From IMG/VR virus record IMGVR_UViG_3300037067_013660, positions 132,896-196,895 of that record: DNA of 64,000 bases. One strand, given 5' to 3'. Of the stretch, positions 8,851 through 19,149 are shown piece by piece. Source of the stretch: a virus (taxonomy: Duplodnaviria; Caudoviricetes). The notes beneath the pieces are model-generated. The model saw only the letters and a list, made by a program, of their open reading frames with translations, was not told where the DNA came from and did not search any database. Made by a program: the position numbers and the translations under genes. Position 1 is the first letter of the stretch; each line of letters begins with the position of its first letter.

Positions 8851-9516
8851 TTAGAGCACCGGCTCCGGATCTAGGTCCTCGCCATCACGCTCTTTTAAGT
8901 CCTTCACGAAAACGAGTTTGGCGTCCCCGAAATCGTAGCGGCACCCCGCCACCTGCAGGAGCACAGGACAAGTACGAAGTAGCCGCAAGAGCGTTAGTTC
9001 TCCAGGCGTAATCTCCCCACCTCGCCATTTTTCTATCGTGCCTTTCGACAAACCGAGTACTTGTTTTATGTATCCCTCCGAAACTTGTACGCCACCTGGG
9101 AACGTCAGGGTCAGGAGATAGTCCAGCATGGGCCCGACGGTCGCGACGTCTGCCTTCCTGGTGGCGGCACGTACGACAAATTCGTGGCCCTTGGTACGCC
9201 AGCCTTCCTTGCACACGTTACAATGCACAACCCCAACATCATAATGAATGGTCTCGCCAAACGGCGGCGTGTACTCGTACGGTTTCTCGTGCTGGGTCGT
9301 GTCCTCAGAGCCACAGCACGGACAAACGATAGGCGGTAGCGCTACAACGCCATCTCGTACGCGGACTAGACCATCTTCTTCGCAGTCTCCAAGACAGTCT
9401 CTTACATATTCCATACTAAACTCGTGTTCATCGACTGCAAATTGCAAGATAGCTTCCCGCGTAAGGGGTCCGTGGTCACGCAAAAGATTCAGAATATACT
9501 GCTGTCCGTCCATCAT
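8851..9516 (-). CDS. Winged helix plus MqsA-like zinc-ribbon/HTH protein
   Basis: CPCCG...HCNVCKE ribbon then IKQVLGLSKGTIEKWRGG...LTLLRLL. Confidence 0.6.
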   Translation of the reverse strand: MMDGQQYILNLLRDHGPLTREAILQFAVDEHEFSMEYVRDCLGDCEEDGLVRVRDGVVALPPIVCPCCGSEDTTQHEKPYEYTPPFGETIHYDVGVVHCNVCKEGWRTKGHEFVVRAATRKADVATVGPMLDYLLTLTFPGGVQVSEGYIKQVLGLSKGTIEKWRGGEITPGELTLLRLLRTCPVLLQVAGCRYDFGDAKLVFVKDLKERDGEDLDPEPVL

Positions 9517-9527
9517 GATACTTGCTC

Positions 9528-9749
9528 CTACTTTCGTTCCTCGACGTATTCTTTTACCCGTTGCCGTGCCCACTGTTTGTCGTGTTTTGACGTTTCGGGT
9601 GCCAAGCCAATCAATTGCTGTAGCAGTGCCCAAAGCTGTTCCTCTTGGGCGCCAAGGCACCGGGCTTTTTCCATCGCGTTCTCTACGTCAATGAGGAATT
9701 GTCCGCGCCAGTTTTCTTTGTCCTGCATAGCTTGGTCCCTCACAGCCAC
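9528..9749 (-). CDS. Hypothetical protein
   Basis: Operon geometry. Confidence 0.45.
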   Translation of the reverse strand: MAVRDQAMQDKENWRGQFLIDVENAMEKARCLGAQEEQLWALLQQLIGLAPETSKHDKQWARQRVKEYVEERK

Positions 9750-10315
9750 CCGGATGGCTGGTACTCGAACACGATGGGTCCATGCGGGTTATGTTGTAGG
9801 TCGCCATAATGCGGTTCTTGTCCCTCTGCTGCCTCGCTGCCGTAGAACTGGTAGCTGTTCATGTTCTCGCATGCGACCAACAGTAAATCTTGCTCTCCGA
9901 CGTCGGCTGGAACCCGCGTGATGGTGTGGCCGCAATTTGGGCACCGGATTTTCTTGGTTGCCCAACCGGCGGGACCGTTGGGGAAAAGAAGCGCAAGCTT
10001 AAAGCATAGGTCCCGCATCGGAATTTCGGGTAACAGCGGGGCAAGGGCTCGTGCCAAGATTGCGGTATAGTCAATGTAATATGCCTTGACGGTGAACAAG
10101 ATGTGGTGGTCCGGTGCGTAGTCAACCTGGTGTTTGGGTGCATCGAAAATGTGCAGTCCCGTCCGACTCATGTGTAGAAACCCACGCTCGGCTTCGGTTT
10201 CGGCTTCCCGGACGCACCGCATGGGAGCGGGCAGCATTGCCCGGATCTTGGCGATGAAAGCTTTTCGCTCTTCCGGTCGGTCTAGCGTCGCTTCCAAATT
10301 GAATTCGTTACTCAT
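9740..10315 (-). CDS. Hypothetical protein with Zn ribbon
   Basis: GGAGAG RBS; RCPNCG motif. Confidence 0.55.
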   Translation of the reverse strand: MSNEFNLEATLDRPEERKAFIAKIRAMLPAPMRCVREAETEAERGFLHMSRTGLHIFDAPKHQVDYAPDHHILFTVKAYYIDYTAILARALAPLLPEIPMRDLCFKLALLFPNGPAGWATKKIRCPNCGHTITRVPADVGEQDLLLVACENMNSYQFYGSEAAEGQEPHYGDLQHNPHGPIVFEYQPSGWL

Positions 10316-10479
10316 GGTTATCTCTCCGTGATTGGCCGATCACTTGACCAGGCGTAGACCTTGACCCTTAGGTCCTGTGGCTGGTCGTCCAGCGACATTT
10401 CAGTATCGTCGATGCCGAGATATCGACAACACTCTTCTGCCGTCCAATCGACCATTTTCTTCTCTTGCATCTTCGGCCT

Positions 10480-10908
10480 CTATTGTTTCGACACCACGCA
10501 GCCGCGCAGTATCACGTTTACCATCTTGCCCGCACACCGGCCCTTCAGCACCACGGCCTGACCCTTTCGCAACCTCACTAACTGCTGACTGCTGCTCTTG
10601 GAAAACATGCACTGGACAGATCCGAACGTGCGGCCAACCCGCAACGTAACGTAGGGCTCGTCCATTATGTCCTTGCCGATAGAATCAATCTTGCCCGAAA
10701 TTTCCAACACCTTCCCCTTGTACTGAATATCCGCCTCGATCTCATTTTCATCGTAAGCCCTGAAGAGCGCCTCGGCTGAACCCTCAAACGTAGCCTCTGT
10801 GCTCTCTACTTTTTTCTGCTCCTTTTTGTTTTCCTTGTCGTCGCCACTCGTAGCCATGGCAAGAAAAACAGACAAAGCCAGACACGAAACTACCAGTACA
10901 TCTCTCAT
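10480..10908 (-). CDS. OB-fold (tRNA_anti-like) exported protein
   Basis: Signal-like N-terminus; SAEALFRAYDENEIEADIQYKGKVLEISGKI...LRKGQAVVLKGRCAG. Confidence 0.8.
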   Translation of the reverse strand: MRDVLVVSCLALSVFLAMATSGDDKENKKEQKKVESTEATFEGSAEALFRAYDENEIEADIQYKGKVLEISGKIDSIGKDIMDEPYVTLRVGRTFGSVQCMFSKSSSQQLVRLRKGQAVVLKGRCAGKMVNVILRGCVVSKQ

Positions 10909-10930
10909 CTCAGTCCTCGTCCTTTCAAAT

Positions 10931-10996
10931 TTACGACCCTGACCCCGACCGCGACCCCGACCGCTCACAGGCTACTCGCAAAAGCGCAGCGTTCAT
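10931..10996 (-). CDS. 21-aa Ser/Arg/Gly low-complexity peptide
   Basis: MNAALLRVACERSGSRSGSGS*, start overlaps the stop of the upstream gene. Confidence 0.5.
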   Translation of the reverse strand: MNAALLRVACERSGSRSGSGS

Positions 10997-11352
10997 CACT
11001 TCACCTCTTTGGGCAGCGGGTGCGGCCATGGTGAATAATCCATGATGGCACCCTGCTTCACCGTCACTGCTCCATTCGGGAACGGCTCAACCTCGTTCAA
11101 AACACCAGTTCTCAGGGCCTCATTGAAACGTCCCGTGTCTGCAACCCAGGAGGCATCGGAGAGAACGATCTCCGTTTCCGAAACGCTTTCCACGTGACCG
11201 ACGTAGTAGAGCGTAACACCCCGGATCAGGATGTTCTCGCCTACCTTGGCGTGGGTGTCCCCCTGCTTTTGCGACGTACACCCTACACCAAGTCCTTGCG
11301 CCATCGCTACCAACTGCTTCAACTCACCAATCGTCAACTTGTCAATGTCCAT
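10996..11352 (-). CDS. DUF6948-like small beta-barrel phage protein
   Basis: MDIDKLTIGELKQL...ILIRGVTLYYVG...IVLSDASWVADTGRF. Confidence 0.65.
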   Translation of the reverse strand: MDIDKLTIGELKQLVAMAQGLGVGCTSQKQGDTHAKVGENILIRGVTLYYVGHVESVSETEIVLSDASWVADTGRFNEALRTGVLNEVEPFPNGAVTVKQGAIMDYSPWPHPLPKEVK

Positions 11353-11458
11353 CTTCGTTCTCCTTGTCTGCACATGTTGCAATCAAACCACGACGCTGCC
11401 TGCCTGTAGATTAAGCATTATCCATCTCCTGCAACATCCTCCATACCATAGCCTTCAT

Positions 11459-12686
11459 CCTTCTTCAGCGTGGAGACCCCTCCCTTTAGGGGAGGGAGGA
11501 AACGCCGCTCCTTCGTTCAAGTTTGGAAAACACGTTATACTTTAGTAGATGAAGATCATAGCAAAAATTAAGTTGATGCCCGACACCACCCAAGCCAAGG
11601 CGTTGATCCGCACGTTGGAGGCGGCGAACCTTGCGTGCAACAAGATCAGCGTAGTGGCGTGGAAGAAGAAACTGTTTCAGCAGATTTCTCTCCACAAGAT
11701 CGTCTACAGACCCGTCAGGGATCATTTTGACCTCAGTGCTCAGATGACGGTCAGGTGTATCGCCAAGGTAGTGGACGCCTACAAACTGGACAAAGAAACC
11801 AAGAGGGAATTTAAGAAGCATGGGTCCATTGCTTACGACTCTAGGATCCTGACGTACTTTACAGATAAAAAGCAAGTGTCGATCTGGTTGTTGGGTTTGG
11901 GTCGTGTCAAGATGTCGTTCCAAGCGGGTAAACGTCAGATGCGGCTTTTGCAGGTTCAGCAGGGAGAGTCTGACCTTATTTATCGTAAAGGAGAATGGTA
12001 CCTCCACGCTGTTTGCAACATTGAGGAACCTGACGCACTTGATCCAACCGACGCCATCGGTGTGGATCTTGGGGTCCAGAACATAGCGGTCACGAGCGAT
12101 GGAGAGTTCTATACTTCCGATCAAATAGAGTCTACTAGACAGTGGTACAGTAGTCGTAGGGCTGTTTTGCAATCGGTAGGAACCAAGAGTGCTAAAAGGA
12201 GGCTCAGACAAATATCTAAAGGACAGAGTAATTTTCAACGAAACGAAAACCACCGGATCTCCAAGAGTTTGGTCAAGGAAGCTAAACGCACGAAACGTGG
12301 GATTGCCCTTGAGGATTTGACGGGCATTAACACGCGGACCAGGGTTAGGAAGGCGTCTAGATCCAAACGCATGAACTGGAGTTTCTTTCAACTGAGAAGT
12401 TTTATTGGCTACAAGGCTAAGTGGGCTGGAGTTCCCGTCTACTTGGTAGACCCAGCCTACACGAGTCAGCGATGTAATCGGTGTGGCCACATCAGTCGAA
12501 AGAATCGACAGAGCCAGGATAAGTTTTGTTGTCAGGATTGTGGCTATAGGATTCATGCGGATCTCGGTGGAGCTAAGAACATTAGAGGTCTTGGTAGAAA
12601 GATCATAAAGGGTTGTCGTCAACCAACCTATGGTAGCGGTCGAAAGACCAGTTACAAGCCCCTTCCTTTAGGGAGGGGTAGTTGAC
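11459..12686 (+). mobile_element. IS200/IS605-family TnpB-only (IS1341-like) element
   Basis: Follows TTCAT; left hairpin CCCCTCCCTTTAGGGGAGGG; right hairpin CCCCTTCCTTTAGGGAGGGG ending GTAGTTGAC. Confidence 0.88.
11549..12685 (+). CDS. tnpB: RNA-guided endonuclease TnpB
   Basis: RuvC motifs IGVDLG, IALEDL, IHADLGGAKN; Zn finger TSQRCNRCG...CQDCG. Confidence 0.95.
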   Translation: MKIIAKIKLMPDTTQAKALIRTLEAANLACNKISVVAWKKKLFQQISLHKIVYRPVRDHFDLSAQMTVRCIAKVVDAYKLDKETKREFKKHGSIAYDSRILTYFTDKKQVSIWLLGLGRVKMSFQAGKRQMRLLQVQQGESDLIYRKGEWYLHAVCNIEEPDALDPTDAIGVDLGVQNIAVTSDGEFYTSDQIESTRQWYSSRRAVLQSVGTKSAKRRLRQISKGQSNFQRNENHRISKSLVKEAKRTKRGIALEDLTGINTRTRVRKASRSKRMNWSFFQLRSFIGYKAKWAGVPVYLVDPAYTSQRCNRCGHISRKNRQSQDKFCCQDCGYRIHADLGGAKNIRGLGRKIIKGCRQPTYGSGRKTSYKPLPLGRGS

Positions 12687-13186
12687 TTCGTCACCTTCTT
12701 GAATCTGCCCTTGGCGTCTCGTGGCTGTTCTGCCGCAAACTCTCGATAAAGTTCTCGGTCACGGTCAGACCATCTGGCTTGGCGAGCCGGAGGCACAGGA
12801 ACACTGAATGGATCGTCACCCATGACCCTAGTGTAACCGTCCAGCGGCACCTTCACGGGCGTCATGGTTGGCCAGTAGGCGACTAGCAGACAAGGCGTTC
12901 TAGGGCCTGTCTCTTTGAACTCCGGAGGATCTCCGTAGTCGTAGCTATCGATACCCCAATGCGGCTTGGTGCCAGGAATGTGCCTGCCTCGAAGCAACCA
13001 CCTGAATCCAACGACCCAACCGACTGGCTTCGGCCCCTCTAACTGTCCACGCGATTTAGCGGGTTGTGGCTCCCACCGTGCAGCCGCACCGTCGTGTACC
13101 CGGACTAGCTCGGTGTGGACCGCCACCAACTTACCCATCAGCTCTCGGGCGAACCAGTCTGGAATCTGTGGTTTCTTGCGTGACAT
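12668..13186 (-). CDS. Hypothetical protein; last 5 codons supplied by the IS end
   Basis: Ends QPRDAKGRFKKVTK then reads into the element (STTPP*). Confidence 0.6.
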   Translation of the reverse strand: MSRKKPQIPDWFARELMGKLVAVHTELVRVHDGAAARWEPQPAKSRGQLEGPKPVGWVVGFRWLLRGRHIPGTKPHWGIDSYDYGDPPEFKETGPRTPCLLVAYWPTMTPVKVPLDGYTRVMGDDPFSVPVPPARQARWSDRDRELYREFAAEQPRDAKGRFKKVTKSTTPP

Positions 13187-13249
13187 CTAAACGTGTTTCC
13201 TCGTACTCACGTGCTTTTGGTTCAAACCAAGTACATGAGAACAAAATGT

Positions 13250-13426
13250 CTACCATGATTCCTGTATCTCGTCCCGGACCTGCATGAGCAACTGGCCCAA
13301 CAGGTTCCTACCCTTATCTTTACACTTACCGCAGTCACACGAGCCCCATAGATTGTCGTGCCAGGAGTTGCCCTCTACGAGTTTCTGCGTACCGGTCGCG
13401 AGCAGACGTTCCTGTAAGTCCGGCGC
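13250..13426 (-). pseudogene. NADAR/YbiA-family gene, C-terminal remnant
   Basis: APDLQERLLATGTQKLVEGNSWHDNLWG...GRNLLGQLLMQVRDE begins at the IS right end; no start codon. Confidence 0.85.
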
Positions 13427-13427
13427 G

Positions 13428-14699
13428 TCAACTACCCCTAGCTAAAGCAAGGGGCTTGTAGGATCCAGTCCTACAACTTTTCTGGTTTCTACGAAGCCAC
13501 TTACGTCTCAACCATCGTTGAAACGCAGAGGTGTCTTCTCCACCAGCGTAACTTCCCGGTGCTGCACCGGTAGATTTATTAAACAGATACAGTAGTGTTA
13601 GGTTTCTAGCGGCGTTGATGTCTCGATCATGGACAGTACCACAGACAGAACAAGTCCATTGCCTTACGCTAAGGTCTTTAGTTTCCCTGTGGCGTTCTCC
13701 ACAAACGTGGCAGATCTGACTACTGGGAAACCACTTGCTTACCGTGATGACCAATTTACCTCTTTGTTCTGCCTGCTGTTTGAGGATTGACCGAAACATA
13801 CCAAACGCCAGACGAGTGACAGACCGTCCAAACCGTTTCTTATGCTTTAGTTTGCTACGTTTTGCTAAACCCGAGAGATCAATATCCTCCAACACGATGA
13901 CGTCGTGGCGGTCTAGCAATTTATTAGCATAGCGATGAAGCTGATCTGTCCGTCTGTTCCTTATGTACTCGTGGATTTTGGCTACCTTGATCTTCTGTTT
14001 AGCGTAACCATTGGATCCTTTCGTTTTCTTATTCAGTTTCCTTTGTTGCCGTTTGAGTCGCCACTCTTCTTGTTTTAGCCAATCCAGAGGTTTGGGTCTC
14101 GCCCCCGACGGCGTGACAAAAAGAGAAGCAAAAGAAAAGTCTAAGCCTATTACTTTAGTATCGTCTATTTCGTCATTAAGTACATCGGGTTGTTCTGTCA
14201 AAATAGAAGCGTAATATTTACCAGAGGGATCTTGCGAAACCGTAACGCTTTTGATCTTGCCAAACAACCGACGGTGGAAAACTGTTTCGACTAACCCCAA
14301 CTTTGGAAGTTGTAACTTTCCATCTTGAATTCTTATATTTCCACGAGAACAGTTGGTTGTGTAGCTTCGTCTAGCCTTGTGTTTCTTTTTCCACGTAGGG
14401 AACCCAGATTTCTTTTTCTTCTTAGGGTTCTTTCTGTCTTTTAGAAACCGTCCTAACGCTTGCTTTATATTCATCCAAGCGTTACACAGAGCATATGAAT
14501 CTACTTCTGCTAGATAAGGAAACTCTTCTTTGTAGTGAGCTGGTGTAGGATAAGTAAACTTCTTGGTCTTGACGTAAGATGATTTAAGGTCCTCCAGCAT
14601 AAGGTTCCATACCAGACGAACACAGCCAAACGTTCTCTGGATCAACTGAGCTTGTTGATCGTCTGGGTAGATCCTATATTTGTACGCCTTATGGATCAC
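13428..14699 (-). CDS. tnpB: TnpB with N-terminal HTH_OrfB_IS605
   Basis: KAYKYRIYP...FGCVRLVWN; IGLDF, VLEDI, HDRDINAARN; CHVCG/CSVCG. Confidence 0.95.
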   Translation of the reverse strand: MIHKAYKYRIYPDDQQAQLIQRTFGCVRLVWNLMLEDLKSSYVKTKKFTYPTPAHYKEEFPYLAEVDSYALCNAWMNIKQALGRFLKDRKNPKKKKKSGFPTWKKKHKARRSYTTNCSRGNIRIQDGKLQLPKLGLVETVFHRRLFGKIKSVTVSQDPSGKYYASILTEQPDVLNDEIDDTKVIGLDFSFASLFVTPSGARPKPLDWLKQEEWRLKRQQRKLNKKTKGSNGYAKQKIKVAKIHEYIRNRRTDQLHRYANKLLDRHDVIVLEDIDLSGLAKRSKLKHKKRFGRSVTRLAFGMFRSILKQQAEQRGKLVITVSKWFPSSQICHVCGERHRETKDLSVRQWTCSVCGTVHDRDINAARNLTLLYLFNKSTGAAPGSYAGGEDTSAFQRWLRRKWLRRNQKSCRTGSYKPLALARGS

Positions 14700-15109
14700 G
14701 TTTGCTCTGTTCTTTGTTGTTCCACATATTGCTTCAAAATATCGATCGTGACGTTGCCGGTCGTCGCGATAAAATACGATGGACTCCAGAAAGAATCACC
14801 CCACAATTTATCCTGAAGGAAACTCCTGTGTCGCTTCCTGATGGCTCGGGAACTATGTCCCTTCAGGATGTTGATGAACTTCGTGATGTCGAGCGTTGGT
14901 TTGGCTCGGAACAAAACGTGGACATGATCAACACCACATTCTTGTTCGACGACTTCTACGTCGAAGTCTTTCGCGATGGATTCAAACGTCGTCTTGACGT
15001 CCGATACCAACGCTTTCGACGTAAATACTTTCTTGCGGTACTTCACCACGATGATCAAGTGGTAGACCAAGGAAAATACTGCGTTGCTAGTTTTATCTAA
15101 CCTATACAC
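14696..15109 (-). CDS. tnpA: IS200-type Y1 (HUH) transposase TnpA
   Basis: YHLIIVVKYRKKV, HUH motif DHVHVL, KGHSSR, FWSPSYF, catalytic helix LKQYVEQQ. Confidence 0.96.
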   Translation of the reverse strand: MYRLDKTSNAVFSLVYHLIIVVKYRKKVFTSKALVSDVKTTFESIAKDFDVEVVEQECGVDHVHVLFRAKPTLDITKFINILKGHSSRAIRKRHRSFLQDKLWGDSFWSPSYFIATTGNVTIDILKQYVEQQRTEQT

Positions 15110-15239
15110 TACCGTAGCCTCCTTCTACTAAAGCATAACCTATTTTCTTGACTTTTGTGAAGGATGGTTGTAAAACGCATCTTGAAGAGTCGGCTTCCTC
15201 CCCCACCTGAAGGAAGTGGATCCCAGCCGACAGGAACAG

Positions 15240-15731
15240 GTTGGATTCGGGCAGCCAGGAGTTGCCGCCCGCCGCAACCTTCTGTTTCACGGTTTCGATT
15301 TGTTCTTTTGTCCTGGGCACACGGGTAAAATCCCACAGGCGGTCTTCCGCGATCAGGGCATCGACGTCCGCTTGGATCAAATGGTGATTCCAATGGCCGA
15401 GGAAACAATTCCAGTAGAGCCTGTCTACTTCAAGACGAACCAGCATCGTCGTGGTATCTGGATCTAGACCGTCGCATCTTACGTTTCGTTCCGCCATGGC
15501 CAAGATTTTGGGATGGTCTCGGGCGATGGGCTCAGCACCGTACGCCACAGGGTCGAAGAACTCGTTTCCGTACCACTGCTCGTAAAACCGCTTGGCCTCC
15601 GGTGCTAGGCCAACACCGTCGCAATAACAGCACGTACTCTTCTTGCTGCTGTACGGGTTCACGTAGCCTATCCACGTTTTGTTCAACGGCCAATCAAAAT
15701 CCAGCGAAACTCGCTTCAGTGTTCTACCCAT
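15240..15731 (-). pseudogene. Phage hypothetical gene truncated by the IS605 element
   Basis: MGRTLKRVSLDFDWPLNKTW... reads into the IS left end after NSWLPESN. Confidence 0.65.
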
Positions 15732-16155
15732 GATGTTGCTCCTGTACGTCGTCACTTTTCAGATATAGTTCTTTGTATTTAGCCTGGCTATGCGCTATCC
15801 ACTCTTCCGTGATGACCAGGGATTCTCGTACCTGATCCAAATTTTTCTCTAACTCATTAATTCGCCGCTGCACCTCAACTAGTATCCGGTTGGCAGTAGC
15901 TAGGTCCTCAAGCCAGTATCCCATGAGATCCCTGGTCGTTACCTCACGTACATCAGTTAACCGATACAACCACTGCTCTTCTTCATACGTGTTGACCAGG
16001 GTGTCTGGATTCCACTCATCTATGTAACGAACGCGCCGCCAGTTACCGGACTCGGGATTCCGGGTCAGCCACACCTCAGAGGTCAGGTCAGTATCGCGTG
16101 CTACCGCAGTGCCGGTGTGGGTAGGTGCGTCGGGCTGTATTTTATCGTGGTTCAT
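15724..16155 (-). CDS. Hypothetical coiled-coil protein
   Basis: GGAGG RBS; C-terminal heptad pattern. Confidence 0.6.
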   Translation of the reverse strand: MNHDKIQPDAPTHTGTAVARDTDLTSEVWLTRNPESGNWRRVRYIDEWNPDTLVNTYEEEQWLYRLTDVREVTTRDLMGYWLEDLATANRILVEVQRRINELEKNLDQVRESLVITEEWIAHSQAKYKELYLKSDDVQEQHHG

Positions 16156-16182
16156 TTTTCCTCCGGTGAAGTAGTGATCTAC

Positions 16183-16560
16183 CTACTGTTTGGCGTCGAA
16201 CGCCCGCAAGGCCGCGACCGCTGCTTCATGACGCTTCTGCGCTTCTGCTACCCGCTTGGCGTACCGTTCTGCTTCCTGTTGCGCGTTTTGCAATATCTTG
16301 GCCGTGGACTCGATTTCTTTTTCCAGCGGCTTCCGCATTTCCGCGCTGGTGAGGGGCCGTAGGGTCGAGATGTCGATGCGCTCGGACGCAACGGACCAAA
16401 CTTTACGTGCCCCTACATAATCCCCAGTTTCTCGATTGAAGCGGCTACCGTTATCCGTGATGACGAATTTGGGTGTCAGCCGCGCCCGCATCATGTGGCT
16501 GCTAATGATTCGGTCGCCTTGGTAGTAGTGTATCCACCGAACCACGTGGGTCTGTTTCAT
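16183..16560 (-). CDS. Hypothetical protein
   Basis: RLTPKFVITDNGSRFNRETG beta motif plus coiled coil. Confidence 0.6.
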   Translation of the reverse strand: MKQTHVVRWIHYYQGDRIISSHMMRARLTPKFVITDNGSRFNRETGDYVGARKVWSVASERIDISTLRPLTSAEMRKPLEKEIESTAKILQNAQQEAERYAKRVAEAQKRHEAAVAALRAFDAKQ

Positions 16561-17355
16561 GGATCTACCTGAATCCCGACTTCCGTAAAATCGTGTACGA
16601 ACCCGATGGGCAGATCACCGCCACGGCACTGCTCGCTGAATAAGTATCCGCAGCATCGAGCCATCGTGTACACGGCCGGGTAGTTGACCCCGTAGCAACC
16701 AACCAGCTCATCAATAGTCCCGTCCGGTGGACCAGTTCTGGTTGCCGAGGCCCTTTGCATCGCGATCACGGCGGCATATAGGTCGGAGAATGTCATTCGT
16801 CCGCCTCGAATCCGTTGATGATTTTCAGCGCCGTCCACGCACCGTCTCTGTATCCATCATACCTACCCTCGCGATATTCGTCTTTCCATGGACGACTACC
16901 GGAAGCGCCCACGTCTGGCTCCACTGCCTCGGATGCCCACGCGCACAGCTTCCTTACTATCGACTCGTAGTCCGGCGCGTCGGTCATTCGTCCACCTCGA
17001 TTCCAGCGTCTATGAGCGCGGCTCTAGTGGGAGTTCCGGCATGATGAAAAGACAAAAGCTGATCCACCGCCTGTAGCATCGCGGGGAGGGCAGCGTGGGC
17101 GAGTTTGTATGCATCCCACAACCGATGCGAGTAGGCCACCACAAGGCCCTTGTCGGCAGCGTCGAACGTCTTTGCTGCCTCCCGTATTTCACTCAGTTTC
17201 ATGATCGGTCTCCTCTCTCGTGGTGAAGCAAGAGCAGTTATCAGCCAGGCGATTCTGGTAAACCTCGGCCGTGGCCATTGATGGCAGCGGTGGCTTGCAC
17301 CAGCCATGGAACTGAATGCCGTCACGCCGCCACCACCGGCACTCCCCACACGTCC

Positions 17356-17733
17356 TCATGGTCGCACCTCCAGGAGCGCGGCGAGGTCGGCCGTGGAGAG
17401 GGTGCCGCGCATACTGCCGAGACAGGAGTCACTGGCTCGTATCCGCGCCCCTATCCCCTCCCGCAGCCGCGCAAGCTCGGCCTCGGCCTTCTCGGCGCGT
17501 TCCTCGGCACTCGCGGCCCTGGCACCAAGTTCACGGTAGCCGTCTAGCTTCTGGTCAGCGGCCCGCTCCACCATGAAGCGGTAATCCGCCTCGGCCTTCT
17601 CGGCGCGGGCGCGAAGCGCGTACAGCCTCTCGTCTGGCTCGTAGTGATCACACCTCACACCGCACGCGGCGGCTAGGCCCATCACGCACCCCTCGTACTG
17701 GCTCCACTTGTCGCAGGTCTTGCAGTCACTCAT
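17356..17733 (-). CDS. Hypothetical protein (RAEKAEAE coiled coil)
   Basis: Paralogous segments at 24657-24941 and 25297-25800. Confidence 0.6.
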   Translation of the reverse strand: MSDCKTCDKWSQYEGCVMGLAAACGVRCDHYEPDERLYALRARAEKAEADYRFMVERAADQKLDGYRELGARAASAEERAEKAEAELARLREGIGARIRASDSCLGSMRGTLSTADLAALLEVRP

Positions 17734-17758
17734 CTCTCATCCCTCCTTCCACGCGAGC
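17588..17758. repeat. 171-bp near-identical repeat, copy 1 (copy 2 at 25655-25825)
   Basis: Direct comparison; one mismatch seen. Confidence 0.9.
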
Positions 17759-17939
17759 TTCCGACGAAGGGCCGCTAGGGTTGGGGCTACAAAAGACGCA
17801 AGGTAACCACTAGCCACCCACCCGACTGGGCATCGCTCAATTTTTAAGTCGCGCCATGAGTAGAACGCACCGATAGACACCAGCCGCTCTCGCCGCAGCC
17901 GCGCACACCTTTGGCCCTGCTTGTCATAGTAGATATCGG

Positions 17940-18410
17940 TCACGATGTTTCCCTCATGCGCACGGCCGCCACCTTGATCCGATGGACGGTACGGGGAAAC
18001 AACACCTCGCCGAGCACTATCCACTTGCCGTCTACCTGCCCCTTGACTTCGATGGCGTACTCGCCCTCTTTGACCTTGGCGGCAACGCCAACGAGATTTC
18101 TGCGGTACTTCGTGTTGATCATTTCGTTTCCCTTGATGTGATCCACTTTGACCTCTTCCACCAACGCCCTACCGGCGTTTTCCATTGCGACCAGAATTGC
18201 AGATGCCCTGTTCTTGCCTGGCCAGTACGGACTGTCGAGCAGATCCAAGGCCGCGTCGATAAGTTGCCTGCGCAAAACCTCTTCCTTTTCGCACGCCTTC
18301 TCAGCTTCTTTGCGGGCACGATCTGCCTCATCGATCAGTCCTTTTACCGATTCAGCCACGTCCAACCAATTCTTTAATATTAGTTCAAGATGCGCCCTTA
18401 CTTCGGACAT
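17940..18410 (-). CDS. Hypothetical protein
   Basis: GGAGG RBS; operon geometry. Confidence 0.55.
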   Translation of the reverse strand: MSEVRAHLELILKNWLDVAESVKGLIDEADRARKEAEKACEKEEVLRRQLIDAALDLLDSPYWPGKNRASAILVAMENAGRALVEEVKVDHIKGNEMINTKYRRNLVGVAAKVKEGEYAIEVKGQVDGKWIVLGEVLFPRTVHRIKVAAVRMRETS

Positions 18411-18754
18411 TGCGTCCTCCTTTGCGCCTGCGCGCTCAGTGCGTAGTAAGCGCTGGCGGCATCTTCGAGGGCGTCACACACATCGTCCAGATCCAGGAGT
18501 ACGGCGCTATGCTTCTCGCTGGCCGTGTCCCGATGCTCCTGTGCGGCGAGGCACGTCAGATCAGCGATGAGCCCCCTTGCACGCACGATTGCTCGTTGCG
18601 CTGCATTGAAGCGGTGCCCGGTAAATGCACAGATCACTTCTGAGCCCTCCCGCACCAGGCCAACAACGCATGAATTGGCATACGTTCCGTAGGAGAACTC
18701 TCGCCACAGAATCCACACACGGCTCGCCACGCGTCGCATCCACACTTTGGGCAT
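18398..18754 (-). CDS. Hypothetical protein
   Basis: Operon geometry. Confidence 0.45.
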   Translation of the reverse strand: MPKVWMRRVASRVWILWREFSYGTYANSCVVGLVREGSEVICAFTGHRFNAAQRAIVRARGLIADLTCLAAQEHRDTASEKHSAVLLDLDDVCDALEDAASAYYALSAQAQRRTQCPK

Positions 18755-19149
18755 AGACTCAACACCCGAATGTCATGGCACTGGACGGTCGCAAGCTCTG
18801 TCCGAAGCCTTTCGATCTCACGGCGTAACCCGTCGACCTCTTCGCGGTGGTACACGATGGCGTCGTCGTGATCCTTCCAGATGATGCGCTCGATGCGGAT
18901 CCGCTCCCGCAGGCGTTTCCAGACACGGCGCAAAGTATTCTTGTAGAAGAGGACTCGGGCACCAAGTGCCGCAACGGTGTCGGTACCGATGACTTCGCTA
19001 CGGTCCCGCACGTCGACCCGGAGGGTTTGGGTACCTACGGGACCATCCGCTCGCGTTAGTGGTGCGGGTGATGTTTCCCATTGTGCCGTACCCTCGGGCT
19101 CCATGTCGCCGTCGACGAGCTTGCGTTTTCGCATAACCTTCGTTTCCTT

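Larger units (their letters stand above)
13427..15239 (-). mobile_element. Autonomous IS605-type element (tnpA plus tnpB); left boundary approximate
   Basis: Right-end hairpin CCCCTTGCTTTAGCTAGGGG-TAGTTGAC; left-end hairpin at ~15190-15230; AT-richer than flanks. Confidence 0.9.
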
